Assembly (NCBI GenBank): GCA_963711565.1
Contig: CAVQEQ010000001.1
Span: 320,001-384,000, forward strand
Origin: an uncultured delta proteobacterium
Lineage (GTDB): Bacteria > Desulfobacterota > Binatia > Binatales > Binataceae
Direction: 5' to 3'
DNA length: 64,000 nucleotides
The notes under the pieces were generated by a model, which saw only the letters and a list, made by a program, of their open reading frames with translations, was not told where the DNA came from and made no database searches. Below, in pieces: positions 1-9,586 of the stretch. Numbering within the stretch: the stretch's first letter is position 1; each line of letters opens with the position of its first letter. The position numbers and the translations under genes were made by a program.

Positions 1-615
1 TTTTCGGTCGGCAGCTGGGGGACCATCCTTTACAAACTAATCCAGATTTCCCGCGCGCGGCGCGAGTCGGAAAAGTTTATCGCGATTTTCTGGGAATCGA
101 AAAACCTCGCCGCGATTCATACCGCGAGCGTCGGCCTCAAGCGCAGCCCGGTCGCGCAGGTTTTCCGCGCCGGCTACCAGGAGCTGCTACAACTGACGCG
201 CGCCAAGCGCCAGGCCGTCGGCTCTGACAGCGGTTTCTCGACCGACCTCGGCGGAATCGCGAACGTGATGCGCGCGATGAAGCGCCAGGAAAACGTCGAG
301 CTGACCAAGCTCGAAGCGGGCATCACTTTCCTCGCGACGACCGGCTCGTCGTGCCCGTTTATCGGACTGTTCGGCACGGTGTGGGGAATAATGACGGCGT
401 TCCTCGGGCTGTCGGCGTCGCATACGTCGAGTATTCAGGCCGTCGCGCCGGGAATCGCCGAGGCGCTGATCACGACGGCGGTCGGGCTGGTCGCCGCGAT
501 ACCCGCGCAGATGTTCTACAACTACTTCATCGCGCGCGTGCGCGTGTTGGCGACCGAGATGGACAACTTCACTTCCGAATTTCTGAATATCGCCGAGCGT
601 CACTTTCTTTCCTGA
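1..615 (+). CDS. tolQ: TolQ (MotA/TolQ/ExbB family), 5'-truncated by window edge
   Basis: Frame open from base 1 (FSVGSWGTILYK...). Contains FLATTGSSCPFIGLFGTVWGIM and APGIAEALITTAVGL motifs; first gene of the tol-pal cluster. Confidence 0.95.
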   Translation, partial: FSVGSWGTILYKLIQISRARRESEKFIAIFWESKNLAAIHTASVGLKRSPVAQVFRAGYQELLQLTRAKRQAVGSDSGFSTDLGGIANVMRAMKRQENVELTKLEAGITFLATTGSSCPFIGLFGTVWGIMTAFLGLSASHTSSIQAVAPGIAEALITTAVGLVAAIPAQMFYNYFIARVRVLATEMDNFTSEFLNIAERHFLS

Positions 616-635
616 ATTTAAGGGCGGCAATTCCA

Positions 636-1070
636 ATGGCAATGGATTCCGGACAGGGACGCGGGCAGATGGTGTCGCAGATCAACGTCACCCCGCTGGT
701 GGACGTGATGCTGGTGTTGCTCGTCATCTTCATGGTGACGGCGCCGATTATCCAGCAGGGCGTCCAGGTCACGCTGCCGAGCGTCAAGGCCGAGGCGCTG
801 CCGGGCAAGGAAGAGCAATTCGTCGTCTCGATCACGAAGGACAGCCAGATTTATCTCAACGACACGAAGCTCTCGGCGGACGATCTGGCCGGCAAGCTAA
901 AGGCGATTGCGCAGGAACGTCCCGACCGCGAGGTGTTCATCCGCGCCGACGACCAGGTGCCCTACGGCGAGGTGATCCGTGCGATGGCGGCGATCAAGGC
1001 GGCGGGAATCGAAAACGTCGGGATGGTGACGGAGATGCCGGCTGGTGGCGCCGATACAGGCGCGAAGTGA
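636..1070 (+). CDS. tolR: TolR (ExbD/TolR family)
   Basis: SQINVTPLVDVMLVLLVIFMVTAP motif. Start moved to ATG 636 (MAMDSG) because the upstream part of the track ORF overlaps tolQ. Confidence 0.95.
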   Translation: MAMDSGQGRGQMVSQINVTPLVDVMLVLLVIFMVTAPIIQQGVQVTLPSVKAEALPGKEEQFVVSITKDSQIYLNDTKLSADDLAGKLKAIAQERPDREVFIRADDQVPYGEVIRAMAAIKAAGIENVGMVTEMPAGGADTGAK

Positions 1071-1079
1071 GCGCTAGTC

Positions 1080-2189
1080 GTGGCATCAGCGGACCATAAC
1101 GGTGACGAGAATCCGTCGCGACTCGGATACTTCGCGGCGATTTTCGTCTCCGCCGTCGGGCACGTGGCGATTTTCGCCTTCGTGTTTTTCATCGCGCCGC
1201 GATTTCTGCATCCGGAAGAAGCTCCGCCGCCCGCCTACTCGGTGAAGATCGTGGACAACATCCCAGCAGGAGACCTGGGGACGCATCTGCCGCGGATCAA
1301 TCGGCATACGACGGAGGAGTCGAAGGGGGAGGCGCCCAAGCCCGAAGAGTCGAAGATCAAAACTGAGCCGCCCAAAAGCGAGCTCGCGCTGAACGAAGAC
1401 AAGAACGCGCTCATAACAAATGCGAAAGCGACGGACGTAGCGACACCGACTCCAACGCCGGAGCCGACCGTCGAATCGACGCCCGAGCCGACAGTCGAGC
1501 CCGCGCCGGCGCTTGAGCCAAATCTCGAAGCTACGGAGGAACCAACGATCGAGCCGACGCCCGAGCCGACTGCGCATCCGACGAAACACGCGACGCCAAA
1601 GCCCACGCCCGAAAAGGCGCGCATTCGACCCAAGTCAGGATCGACGGTGGCGAGGATCGCGGCGACGCCGAGCGTCGCGCAGCGGATGGCGAAGTTGAGG
1701 CAACAATTGCTCGCGGAGCATATGAAGGACCTGGCGATGAGACCGCCGTCTGAAGAAGAAGATGACGATGACGGTACGGACACGACCGAAGCTCCGGCGA
1801 AAGGGGCGGCAGGCGGCGGACCGGTGCCCGCAAGTGCGCCGAGCGACGGAAAGGGTTTCGGAATCGGGTCGGGCGAGGGCAGCGTAGGTATTCTTAAGGA
1901 CCCGGAATTTCTGCTGTACTATAAGACTGTGCAGGAACAGATAAAGAAGGCGTGGACGTTTACCGGCGGATCGAACGATCTGACGGCTACCGTCGATTTC
2001 GCGATTGGCCCCGACGGCACGCTGACCGCGTTGAAAATTGGCACGAGCTCGAACGACGGGGCGTTCGACGACTCGGTGCTGCGCGCGATTCGGAGAGCCG
2101 CGCCGTTCCCGGCGCCGCCGGAAAAGTTTCGCGATCAGTTTGCCGCCGGAATCAAGGCGGTCTTTCAACTTGGCGAACTAAAGTCCTGA
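1080..2189 (+). CDS. tolA: TolA/TonB-family energy transducer
   Basis: N-terminal TM with SAVGH, Pro/Glu/Thr-rich TPEPT linker, TonB_C-like C-terminus (SSNDGAFDDSVLRAIRRAAPFP); lies between tolR and tolB. Confidence 0.85.
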   Translation: MASADHNGDENPSRLGYFAAIFVSAVGHVAIFAFVFFIAPRFLHPEEAPPPAYSVKIVDNIPAGDLGTHLPRINRHTTEESKGEAPKPEESKIKTEPPKSELALNEDKNALITNAKATDVATPTPTPEPTVESTPEPTVEPAPALEPNLEATEEPTIEPTPEPTAHPTKHATPKPTPEKARIRPKSGSTVARIAATPSVAQRMAKLRQQLLAEHMKDLAMRPPSEEEDDDDGTDTTEAPAKGAAGGGPVPASAPSDGKGFGIGSGEGSVGILKDPEFLLYYKTVQEQIKKAWTFTGGSNDLTATVDFAIGPDGTLTALKIGTSSNDGAFDDSVLRAIRRAAPFPAPPEKFRDQFAAGIKAVFQLGELKS

Positions 2190-2254
2190 GGGGTGGGCAG
2201 GTTGCAGGAGGCGCGGATGTCTTTTCTAAGGATCAATTTCTCAAGCGTTCAAAC

Positions 2255-3583
2255 ATGAGGCAGTTACTTCACCGGTGCGCTCTTGTCTGCGCAATTCTTC
2301 TCGCCGCGATGAGTCAGGCCGCCGCGCAGGCTGGGCCGATCACGATTACGATCGCGGGACCGGGCGGGCAGCTCTCGCCGATCGCGGTGTCGGGGCTGAA
2401 AAATCTCGGCGGCGACGACGATCATCGCCTGGGCAGCGCGTTCGTCGGCACGCTCAGGCGCGACCTTGAGCTCTCAGGCTATTTCCGGCTGCTCGATCCG
2501 CACGCGTACATCGAGGATCCGCAGACGTCGGGGTTCGAGTTGGGGCAGTTTAATTTCGGCGACTGGCGCTCGATCAACGCCGACTTCGTGGTCAAGGGTA
2601 GTGTGACTGCGAGCGGCGATGGCGTGAAGCTGACGGCCTACCTTTACGACGTGGCGCAGCAGCGGCGGATGATGGGCAAGAGCTACAGCGGCGATGCCGC
2701 CGACGTACCGCGGATGGCGCGGCGATTTGCCGACGCGATCCTTGAAGCGGCGACCGGGCAAAAGGGTCCATTCGATTCAAAGCTGGCGCTTGTCTCGACC
2801 GGCGGCGGCCGCTTCAAGGAAATCTATACACAGTCGATCGAGGGTCAGGACCTGTTTAAGCTGACCGGCAATCCGACGATCAACCTGTTCCCGAGTTTCG
2901 ACCGCGGCACCAACCATCTGCTGTACCTATCGTACAAGAGCATGCAGCCGGCGCTCTACCTGGTGGACCTCAAGGCGCAGAGCGAAATGAAGATCACCAG
3001 CCCGCACGGCCGCGTGATCGGCGGCACGCTCTCGCCCGACGGCGAGCAAATCGTGGCCGCGATCGAGCGCGACGGAATCACCAATCTGTATCTGCTCACA
3101 CGCGAGGGCGCCGAAATCCGCCAACTCACCGATACCTCGGGAATCAACGTGAGTCCCGCAATTTCGCCCGACGGCGAGAAGCTCGCGTTCACGTCGGATC
3201 GCTCGGGCACGCCGCAAGTCTACATGATGAGCCTTTCCGGCGGCGCGCCGAAACGAATCACCTACAGCGGCGATTACAACACGACGCCCGCATTCTCGCC
3301 CGACGGCGCGAAACTGGCCTACCAGAGTCGCGACAATGGCCGCTTCGATATTTTTACGATCCCGGTCGGCGGCGGCGATCCGGTGCAGGTGACGGATGGC
3401 AACGGCTCCAACGAATATCCGAGCTGGTCGCCCGACGGGCGCTACCTGGCGTTCAGCTCGACGCGCGGACATAACTCGCGAATCTATATACTGATGGTCA
3501 GTAACCGGAAGATTATTTCCGCTTTGACGGAGGGTAATGGCAATGATTCCTGTCCAGCATGGTCAGGTTGGTTGGGTGAGTAG
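2255..3583 (+). CDS. tolB: TolB, Tol-Pal periplasmic beta-propeller protein
   Basis: Signal peptide from ATG 2255, TolB_N domain, repeated PD40 motifs (PAISPDG, PAFSPDG, PSWSPDG). Confidence 0.95.
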   Translation: MRQLLHRCALVCAILLAAMSQAAAQAGPITITIAGPGGQLSPIAVSGLKNLGGDDDHRLGSAFVGTLRRDLELSGYFRLLDPHAYIEDPQTSGFELGQFNFGDWRSINADFVVKGSVTASGDGVKLTAYLYDVAQQRRMMGKSYSGDAADVPRMARRFADAILEAATGQKGPFDSKLALVSTGGGRFKEIYTQSIEGQDLFKLTGNPTINLFPSFDRGTNHLLYLSYKSMQPALYLVDLKAQSEMKITSPHGRVIGGTLSPDGEQIVAAIERDGITNLYLLTREGAEIRQLTDTSGINVSPAISPDGEKLAFTSDRSGTPQVYMMSLSGGAPKRITYSGDYNTTPAFSPDGAKLAYQSRDNGRFDIFTIPVGGGDPVQVTDGNGSNEYPSWSPDGRYLAFSSTRGHNSRIYILMVSNRKIISALTEGNGNDSCPAWSGWLGE

Positions 3584-4109
3584 TCGTTCGACATTGGCCA
3601 AAGCGATGGCGATTGTTGGTGTGGCGATGATGTTGGCGATGGCGGGATGCTCGTCGAAGAAGCCGGCGCCGGTTGGCGACATGAACTCCAACGCAAATGG
3701 AATTGGTGAAAACCAAACAGGCCCGGGCGGCGGTACCAAGCTCGAGGACTGGGAGAACGGAACCATTGGGAGAGGCGGTCCGCTCAGCGATATTCATTTT
3801 GGCTACAATGACTCCGCGATCTCGGACCAGGACGGCCCCGTGCTAAAATCTAACGCCGCCTGGCTGCAAGCGCATCCGGAGACCAAGGTCCAGATCGAGG
3901 GTTATTGCGACGAGCGCGGATCGGAGGAATACAATCTCGCGCTAGGCGCCAAGCGCGCGGAGGCGGGAAAGGAGTACTTGGCAACGCTCGGAATCAGCGA
4001 CAGCAGAATGTTGACCATGAGCTACGGCAAGGAGCTTCCACTTTGCACCGATCACGACGAAAGCTGCTGGTCGCAGAACCGGCGCGATCACTTTATGGTG
4101 AGCAAATAA
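3576..4109 (+). CDS. pal: Peptidoglycan-associated lipoprotein Pal
   Basis: Lipobox MAGC; OmpA-like IEGYCDERGSEEYNLALGAKRA and SYGKE...NRR. GTG 3576 start is inferred. Confidence 0.95.
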   Translation: MSSRSTLAKAMAIVGVAMMLAMAGCSSKKPAPVGDMNSNANGIGENQTGPGGGTKLEDWENGTIGRGGPLSDIHFGYNDSAISDQDGPVLKSNAAWLQAHPETKVQIEGYCDERGSEEYNLALGAKRAEAGKEYLATLGISDSRMLTMSYGKELPLCTDHDESCWSQNRRDHFMVSK

Positions 4110-4120
4110 GGATTACACGC

Positions 4121-4984
4121 GTGCGAAAAACAAACCGGGCGCTCGGCGCCATCGCGATCCTTGCGGCGATCTTCGCGTTGGCGGGATGCGCCGATCAGGG
4201 CGACATGCAGCAGCTCAACCAGAACGAGTTCACACTGCGCGGGATGATTGCCGCCGACCGCCAGCAAATCGACGCGTTGAAGGCGCAGGTCGCACAGCAG
4301 AACGATCAGATCCAGGAACTCCAGCACAACGCGACGCCGGATTCGGGCGGCAATGCGTCCGGGATGAACGATCGGGTCGCGAGCCTCGAAGCGGAAGTGA
4401 AGGCGCTGCAGGCGGGTCTCGCAGCGACTCCGGGCGCGGTGCCGCCGCCGGGCGCGCCGGCGGACAGCGTCGGACCGGGCACCGGAGAGGCGCCGCCGGA
4501 AGCGCCGGCGGCAGCGCCTGCTCCGCCCGCGACACCCGCCGAGATCGCGCCGACCTGGCCGACTGAGCTCGATCAGGAACTTGCCGACTCCGCGACGGCC
4601 GACGACCCGGGTATCAAGATTTATCGCGACGGTCTCGACGCGATGAAGGCCGCCAAGTATCCGCTCGCGGTCGCCAGGTTCACCAAGCTCCAGCATGCGT
4701 ACCCGAAATCGCCGCTGAGCGAGCCCGCCGAATACTTCGCCGCCAACGCGTTGTTCGAGACCGGCGGCTACGACCAGGCGATTTTGCAATTCAACGATCT
4801 CGTGATGCGCTTCCCCAAGGGCAAGTATGCGTGCGCCGCGCTGCTGCGCGAGGGGCAGGCGTTCGTGAAGCTGAACGATCGGATCGACGCGCGCCTGACG
4901 CTGCAGAAGCTGGGGACCGATTGCCCCGGAACTCCGCAAGCGGCGTCCGCGGACACGATGATGAAAGATCTCGCGAGCGATTAA
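4121..4984 (+). CDS. cpoB: CpoB/YbgF TPR coiled-coil lipoprotein
   Basis: Lipobox LAGC, coiled coil, C-terminal TPRs (YPKSPLSEPAEY, FPKGKY); follows pal. Start GTG 4121 is inferred. Confidence 0.85.
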   Translation: MRKTNRALGAIAILAAIFALAGCADQGDMQQLNQNEFTLRGMIAADRQQIDALKAQVAQQNDQIQELQHNATPDSGGNASGMNDRVASLEAEVKALQAGLAATPGAVPPPGAPADSVGPGTGEAPPEAPAAAPAPPATPAEIAPTWPTELDQELADSATADDPGIKIYRDGLDAMKAAKYPLAVARFTKLQHAYPKSPLSEPAEYFAANALFETGGYDQAILQFNDLVMRFPKGKYACAALLREGQAFVKLNDRIDARLTLQKLGTDCPGTPQAASADTMMKDLASD

Positions 4985-5006
4985 GGCGGCCCTCGCGCAA
5001 GATTGA

Positions 5007-5930
5007 ATGGAAATAATTCGCGACCTCGACGCGCTCGCGCGCCATCCGTACCCGGTCACCGCGATCGGAAATTTCGACGGCGTCCACCTGGGCCATCGCG
5101 CGATACTTAACGCGGCGATCGATCGCGCGCGCGCCGCCGGCGGCACCGCGTTCGCGCTGACCTTCGATCCGCTGCCCGCCAAGCTGCTGGCACCGGCGCG
5201 CGCGCCGCGGCTTATCCTGACTCCCGATGACAAGCTCGAATTGCTGCGCCTGTCGGGCATCGACGGCGTAATCGTGCTCAACTTCACCCTCGAGCTGAGC
5301 TTGCTGCCGCCGCGCGATTTCGTCCGCGAATACCTGTGCCGAAAGATCGGCGTGCGCGAAGTGGTGGAGGGACAAAACTTCAGATTCGGGCACAACCGCG
5401 CGGGGACCCCGGCCGTGATGGTCGAGCTCGGGCGCGAACTTGGCTTCGAGACCGATGTAGTCGGGCCGGTGAAAGTGGACGGCATCGAAGTCAGTTCAAC
5501 CAAAGTGCGCGAAGCGATCGCGGTCGGCGACATGCATCGCGCGGCCCGGCTGATGGGCCGTTACCACTTCCTGGCCGGGCCGGTGGTGCGCGGCCGCGAG
5601 CGCGGACGGACGATCGGATTTCCGACGGCGAATCTTGCGAGCGAAACCGAATGCCTCCCGCCCGACGGCGTTTACGCCACCCGCGTCATCCTCGACGACG
5701 GCGCCTACCCGTCGATCACCAACGTCGGAATGCGCCCGACATTCGCCGAGAGCGCGCGCTCGATCGAGGCGCACATCTTCGACTTCACTCGCGACATTTA
5801 TGGACAGCGAATCAAGCTCGAACTAATCGAACGAATCCGCCCCGAACAAAAATTCGCCACCCCCGAAGCGCTGAAAGAGCGGATCGCGGTTGACCTGAGC
5901 AAGGCCCGCGAAATCCTCTCGGCCGCGTAA
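5007..5930 (+). CDS. ribF: Bifunctional riboflavin kinase/FAD synthetase
   Basis: AIGNFDGVHLGH, VSSTKVR, GRTIGFPTAN, NVGMRPTF, IEAHIFDF. Confidence 0.97.
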   Translation: MEIIRDLDALARHPYPVTAIGNFDGVHLGHRAILNAAIDRARAAGGTAFALTFDPLPAKLLAPARAPRLILTPDDKLELLRLSGIDGVIVLNFTLELSLLPPRDFVREYLCRKIGVREVVEGQNFRFGHNRAGTPAVMVELGRELGFETDVVGPVKVDGIEVSSTKVREAIAVGDMHRAARLMGRYHFLAGPVVRGRERGRTIGFPTANLASETECLPPDGVYATRVILDDGAYPSITNVGMRPTFAESARSIEAHIFDFTRDIYGQRIKLELIERIRPEQKFATPEALKERIAVDLSKAREILSAA

Positions 5931-5990
5931 GTTTTTCCTTTCGACCGGTCCCCATTCCGCCAGAAGACCTTCCACAACTGGGCCGCGCAT

Positions 5991-6029
5991 CTTCCCCTCT
6001 CCCAGGATGGGAGAGGATCGAAGGTGAGG
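5991..6029 (+). repeat. Palindromic repeat, family B variant (CCTCTCCC-N-GGGAGAGG...GGTGAGG)
   Basis: CCTCTCCCAGGATGGGAGAGG hairpin followed by a G-rich tail; same architecture as copies at 6138, 6453, 15318 and 24139. Confidence 0.65.
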
Positions 6030-6137
6030 ATCCTTTTGCAGCGCGCTCCTTTGCGCGCGATTCGAGATTCTGGCCTCTGCTTGGGCGTGTCCACCAAGGT
6101 TATGCAAAAGTCTCTCGAGGGAAGTATCCGGCTCTTA

Positions 6138-6195
6138 CCTCGCCCGTTATTTTACGGGAGAGGCGGCCGGCCGCACCGCGGCCGGTAGGTGAGGG
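6138..6195 (+). repeat. Palindromic repeat, family B variant
   Basis: CCTCGCCCG...CGGGAGAGG stem, second GC hairpin, then GGTGAGGG tail. Confidence 0.55.
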
Positions 6196-6298
6196 TTCTG
6201 CGGCGCAGCACTTTTGCCCAACCGCTAGTATCCCGTCCCGCAAATATCTTCAAAAAGTTCTGGTTCATTCTCGCACGATCAGCCAAGGCACTCTCTGG

Positions 6299-6427
6299 TC
6301 CGGTTCCCCCTTTCCGCCCCGGAAAGGGGGCTAGGGGGATAGGACGGCGGCAACCACGCCGCATTCCGGTTCCCCCTTTCCGGCTCGGAAAGGGGGCTAG
6401 GGGGATAGGACGGCGGCAACCACGCCG
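6299..6427 (+). repeat. Tandem duplication of a 63-bp family-B hairpin unit
   Basis: 6299-6361 and 6365-6427 match at 61/63 nt; both differences fall in the hairpin loop (CCCCCTTTCCG-loop-CGGAAAGGGGG CTAGGGGGATAGG). Confidence 0.9.
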
Positions 6428-6452
6428 ACACTCCCCAGCGGATTTTCCTCTT

Positions 6453-6494
6453 CCCCTTCCCCATTCTTTCTGGGGAAGGGGTTAGGGGTTAGGG
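6453..6494 (+). repeat. Family-B hairpin with G-tract tail (G4 motif)
   Basis: CCCCTTCCCCA/TGGGGAAGGGG 11-bp stem, then TTAGGGGTTAGGG. Confidence 0.8.
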
Positions 6495-6527
6495 CTTTGT
6501 TCTTCAAGTCATTTATGGGACGCCGCA

Positions 6528-7412
6528 CTAGCCAATCTTACTCGCCGGTTCGATCCAGTCGCGCGCGAGCCGCTCGATCCATCCGCCAATCTGCGACTCG
6601 TCTTCCGGCGGACTGGCGAGTATCACCAACTCATTCACTCCGGCAGCGCCGTACTTCTTCAAATCGTCCGCGGTGATCTTCTTGGTGTACGGGCACGCGA
6701 TAATTTCGACTTCGCTCGCGTCGCGGCCGTTGGCTTTCAGCATCGCGCGCAGCTTGTCCGCCAGCGGCGCGGCGTCGTCGGGGCCGACATTGAAACCGAA
6801 CCATCCGTTGCCGATGTCCGCCGTACGCTTTAGCGCGGGCCCGCTTTCGCCGCCGAAGATTATCGGCAGTTTCCCGCCGCGCACCGGCTTCGGAAAACAT
6901 TTCGCCGCATCGAAATTCACGAACTCGCCGTGAAAGCTCGCCGCGCCGTCCGACCACAGCCGCCGCATCACTTCGATATACTCACGCGTCCGCTGCGCCC
7001 GCCGCTCGAACGGAATCCCAAGCGCCGCGAACTCCTCCGCCGACCATCCGATTCCCACGCCCAGCGCGAAGCGGCCGCCCGACAGCCGGTCCAGGCTCGC
7101 GGCTTCCTTGGCCAGCACGACCGGGTTGTGCTCCGGCACCAGGCAGATTCCCGTCGCCAGCCGAATCGTTTTGGTGACGGCGGCGGCAAACGTCAGCGTG
7201 ATGAATGGATCGAGCCAGTCGGCATCGCCGGGCAACGGGAAGTCGCCGCTCGCGGCATACGGATACTTCGAGTCCTGGCGATCGAACAGCACGACGTGCT
7301 CGCCGACCCACAACGTCGAAACGCCCCGACGCTCAGCCTCCGCGGCCGTCTTCAGAATCGCGCCGGGACGCGCGCCGGTGCCGATTCCAAGCGCGAACAG
7401 TCCGACCTTCAT
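6528..7412 (-). CDS. LLM-class flavin/F420-dependent oxidoreductase (Rv2161c-like)
   Basis: LWVGEHVV, DPFITL, LDRLSGGRFALGVGIGWSAEEF, PIIFGGES. Confidence 0.9.
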   Translation of the reverse strand: MKVGLFALGIGTGARPGAILKTAAEAERRGVSTLWVGEHVVLFDRQDSKYPYAASGDFPLPGDADWLDPFITLTFAAAVTKTIRLATGICLVPEHNPVVLAKEAASLDRLSGGRFALGVGIGWSAEEFAALGIPFERRAQRTREYIEVMRRLWSDGAASFHGEFVNFDAAKCFPKPVRGGKLPIIFGGESGPALKRTADIGNGWFGFNVGPDDAAPLADKLRAMLKANGRDASEVEIIACPYTKKITADDLKKYGAAGVNELVILASPPEDESQIGGWIERLARDWIEPASKIG

Positions 7413-8269
7413 TGCCCCGCTCCCGCACCATTTGCGACCGCGGCGACGGCCGGCGCCTTTACGAACTTGAGCATGAAGCGATCGGTTTCGCCGCGATGCT
7501 TGAACACGTACCAGGTGCGATCGTCTTCAGGATGGCGCAACGCGCTCGACGCGCCGTACAGTTTGAAGCCGGACTTCTCGACATCCTTGATCAGAAAATC
7601 TTCGTCGATCCGATGGAGCGTCGTGGTCTGCGTATCGCCCGTGCCCGGCTTGGCGCTGTGATCAACGATCCCGTAAATCCCGCCGGGCTTGAGCGCCTTG
7701 AACACTGCCGCGTTCACGTTGTCGCGATTGAGTTTGAGGCCGACCATGTCGTGGTAGTTGAGATGGATGATGACGGCGTCGAGCGAGTCGGGCGGCACCG
7801 GCAGCAGGTCGGGCGCGTCGAAGGGTTTGCTGACCTTGACCACGTTCTTGAGCGCGGGCTCTTTGAGCCGTTCGTTCCACTTGTCTTCAATTTGCTTGAA
7901 CTGCTTGGGAAAAGGGCCGTTCTGCGAGTAAACGGCGCCGTTCGGTCCGACGATTCGCGCGTAGAGCTCGGTCATGTAGCCGCCGCCCGCGAAAACGTCG
8001 GCGATTTTCATGCCGGGCTTGATTCCATAAAAAGCCAGGATCTGATCGGGGCGCCGTCCGGCGTCGAGCGCCTTGTCGGCAGCGGGCCGATCGGGCGAGT
8101 TGATGGCGGCGGTGATGTCGGCGGGAATCTGCGACGCGGGAATCGGCGCGCTCTCAGCCACGCCAGTCGCGACGTGCACAATCTGCGCCCGCGCCGGCGA
8201 CGAGCTCAAGGCGAATCCAGCGAATGCGATCATAGTTGATAAGATTCCGATCCGCGCTCTGATAGTCAT
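7409..8269 (-). CDS. Predicted exported class I SAM-dependent methyltransferase (COG4798-like)
   Basis: GGAG RBS before ATG 8269, signal peptide ending ARA, RPAADKALDAGRRP, DVFAGGGY, LKPGG...DH, DRFMLKF. Confidence 0.8.
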   Translation of the reverse strand: MTIRARIGILSTMIAFAGFALSSSPARAQIVHVATGVAESAPIPASQIPADITAAINSPDRPAADKALDAGRRPDQILAFYGIKPGMKIADVFAGGGYMTELYARIVGPNGAVYSQNGPFPKQFKQIEDKWNERLKEPALKNVVKVSKPFDAPDLLPVPPDSLDAVIIHLNYHDMVGLKLNRDNVNAAVFKALKPGGIYGIVDHSAKPGTGDTQTTTLHRIDEDFLIKDVEKSGFKLYGASSALRHPEDDRTWYVFKHRGETDRFMLKFVKAPAVAAVANGAGAGQ

Positions 8270-8369
8270 TAGGATTCTCCGAGTGACGCAGGGTTTGTTC
8301 CGACGATTCGCCACAATTCGACAGCTAACACACCAATCGCAAACCGGGCAACGCGCACTTCGCTGACGG

Positions 8370-9047
8370 TCACCAAATCAAAGGCACCAGGTGATACCTG
8401 ACCTTGCTTTGATATTCGGAATAGCCCGCGAGGTTCTGCGCCAGGAATCTTTCTTCGTCGAGCAGTCTCCACACGAGAACCAGGATCATCGGAATGATCG
8501 CGAGCAATCCCCACAACGAGCCGAGCGCGAGCGGCACGCCGATCAGCATGACGAGTGCGCCGATGTACATCGGATGACGCACCAGCGCGTACGGCCCGGT
8601 CGTGACGACGCGCTGCTCGTCGCCGATTTCGATGATCGCGGAGGTGAAAGTGTTCTCCTTGAACACCAGAAAGACGAAATAGAGTCCGAGCGCGACCAGC
8701 ACGTCGCCGAGCACGGACAGGTACGGCGGCACCGATGACCATCCGAACCGATGATCGAGCGCGGAGAATACGAATATCGCGACGAACGCCACCATCGCCA
8801 TGCCCTGAATGATCTTCTGGCTCTTCTCCCGCTCCGAGCCCGGACCCGCCTTGAGGCGCCGCTCGAGCAGTTTCGGATCGTTTTTCACCAGGTAAAGATC
8901 GATCGACAACGTGCATGCAAAAAACACCGCGAGCAGAATCCACGCCTGCCAGTAGTCGAACGTCCAGGCGGGAAGGAAGGTCAACGCAGCCATCACAACG
9001 ATGAGCTCGACCAGCCCCAGCGTCGCTTTTTTGTTGAGTTCCGTCAT
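8370..9047 (-). CDS. Isoprenylcysteine carboxyl methyltransferase (ICMT/PEMT) family membrane protein
   Basis: Multi-TM; VVTTGPYALVRHPMY and EERFL...GY..Y motifs; ATGA overlap with the upstream regulator. Confidence 0.88.
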   Translation of the reverse strand: MTELNKKATLGLVELIVVMAALTFLPAWTFDYWQAWILLAVFFACTLSIDLYLVKNDPKLLERRLKAGPGSEREKSQKIIQGMAMVAFVAIFVFSALDHRFGWSSVPPYLSVLGDVLVALGLYFVFLVFKENTFTSAIIEIGDEQRVVTTGPYALVRHPMYIGALVMLIGVPLALGSLWGLLAIIPMILVLVWRLLDEERFLAQNLAGYSEYQSKVRYHLVPLIW

Positions 9048-9586
9048 CTCGCGGCTGCCGCGCGGCTTCCCTTCGATCGCGCCGCAGGAGTCAGCCGTTT
9101 CGCATTGAGAAGCGCGGCCTCGGCCTTGCGTGCGCGCCACCTCTCCAGCATCGCGGGCAACTCGGTCTGGATAAACTCGAAGAACGCGAGCGTCTCGGCG
9201 ATCCGCGCGCCGGCCGGCGTGTCGCGTCCCACCGCGTCGATTCCCTCTCGCAGGGTGCGCTCGCATCGATCGAGCACCTGGTCCTTGCGCGCGATCGCCT
9301 CGTACCAGGTCTCGCTGTGTACGCGGTAATGCTCCCGCCGCGATCCAGGCTCCGCCTCACGGCTGGCAAGATTGACCTGCACGAGATAACTGACGGCGCT
9401 GGAAATCGCAGCCGCGCTGACATGCAGCATCGCGGCCAGCTCAGCCGCGGTCAGCCGTCCGGAATCGGTGGCGAGCAGAGCGGCAAATACCCGCGCCGGC
9501 ATCCGCGGGAAGCCCGACTCGGTCAGCACCGACGCAAAGCGCTCGATAAACGCGGAGCGGGCTTTACTAGTTTTCAATATCTTCAT
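9044..9586 (-). CDS. MarR/GbsR-family transcriptional regulator
   Basis: GFPRMPARVFAALL, LTAAELAAMLHVSAAAISSAVSYL HTH, PGSRREHY wing. Start at ATG 9586 is inferred. Confidence 0.88.
   Translation of the reverse strand: MKILKTSKARSAFIERFASVLTESGFPRMPARVFAALLATDSGRLTAAELAAMLHVSAAAISSAVSYLVQVNLASREAEPGSRREHYRVHSETWYEAIARKDQVLDRCERTLREGIDAVGRDTPAGARIAETLAFFEFIQTELPAMLERWRARKAEAALLNAKRLTPAARSKGSRAAAAR

Larger units (their letters stand above)
6225..6531. mobile_element. Putative non-autonomous MITE with degenerate terminal inverted repeats, flanked by CTAG
   Basis: CTAG at 6225-6228 and 6528-6531. Left end TATCCCGTCCCGCAAATATCTTCAAAAA vs reverse complement of right end TGCGGCGTCCCATAAATGACTTGAAGAA (18/28 identical). 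No transposase inside. Confidence 0.5.

Noticed and set aside
1440-1612. Short repeats within tolA
   Set aside because: Ordinary TPEPT-type linker repeats of TolA/TonB proteins.
5965-6113. Second MITE with ends AGACCTTCCACAAC / GTTATGCAAAAGTCT
   Set aside because: The match is short and gapped (about 11/15) with no clear target duplication; too weak without other copies.
6299-6427. Repeated units as a CRISPR array
   Set aside because: Only two 63-bp units 3 nt apart, no unique spacers, no cas genes.
6472-6494. TTAGGG-like sequence as a telomere or eukaryotic contamination
   Set aside because: Only two units, embedded in a bacterial hairpin repeat in continuous bacterial synteny.
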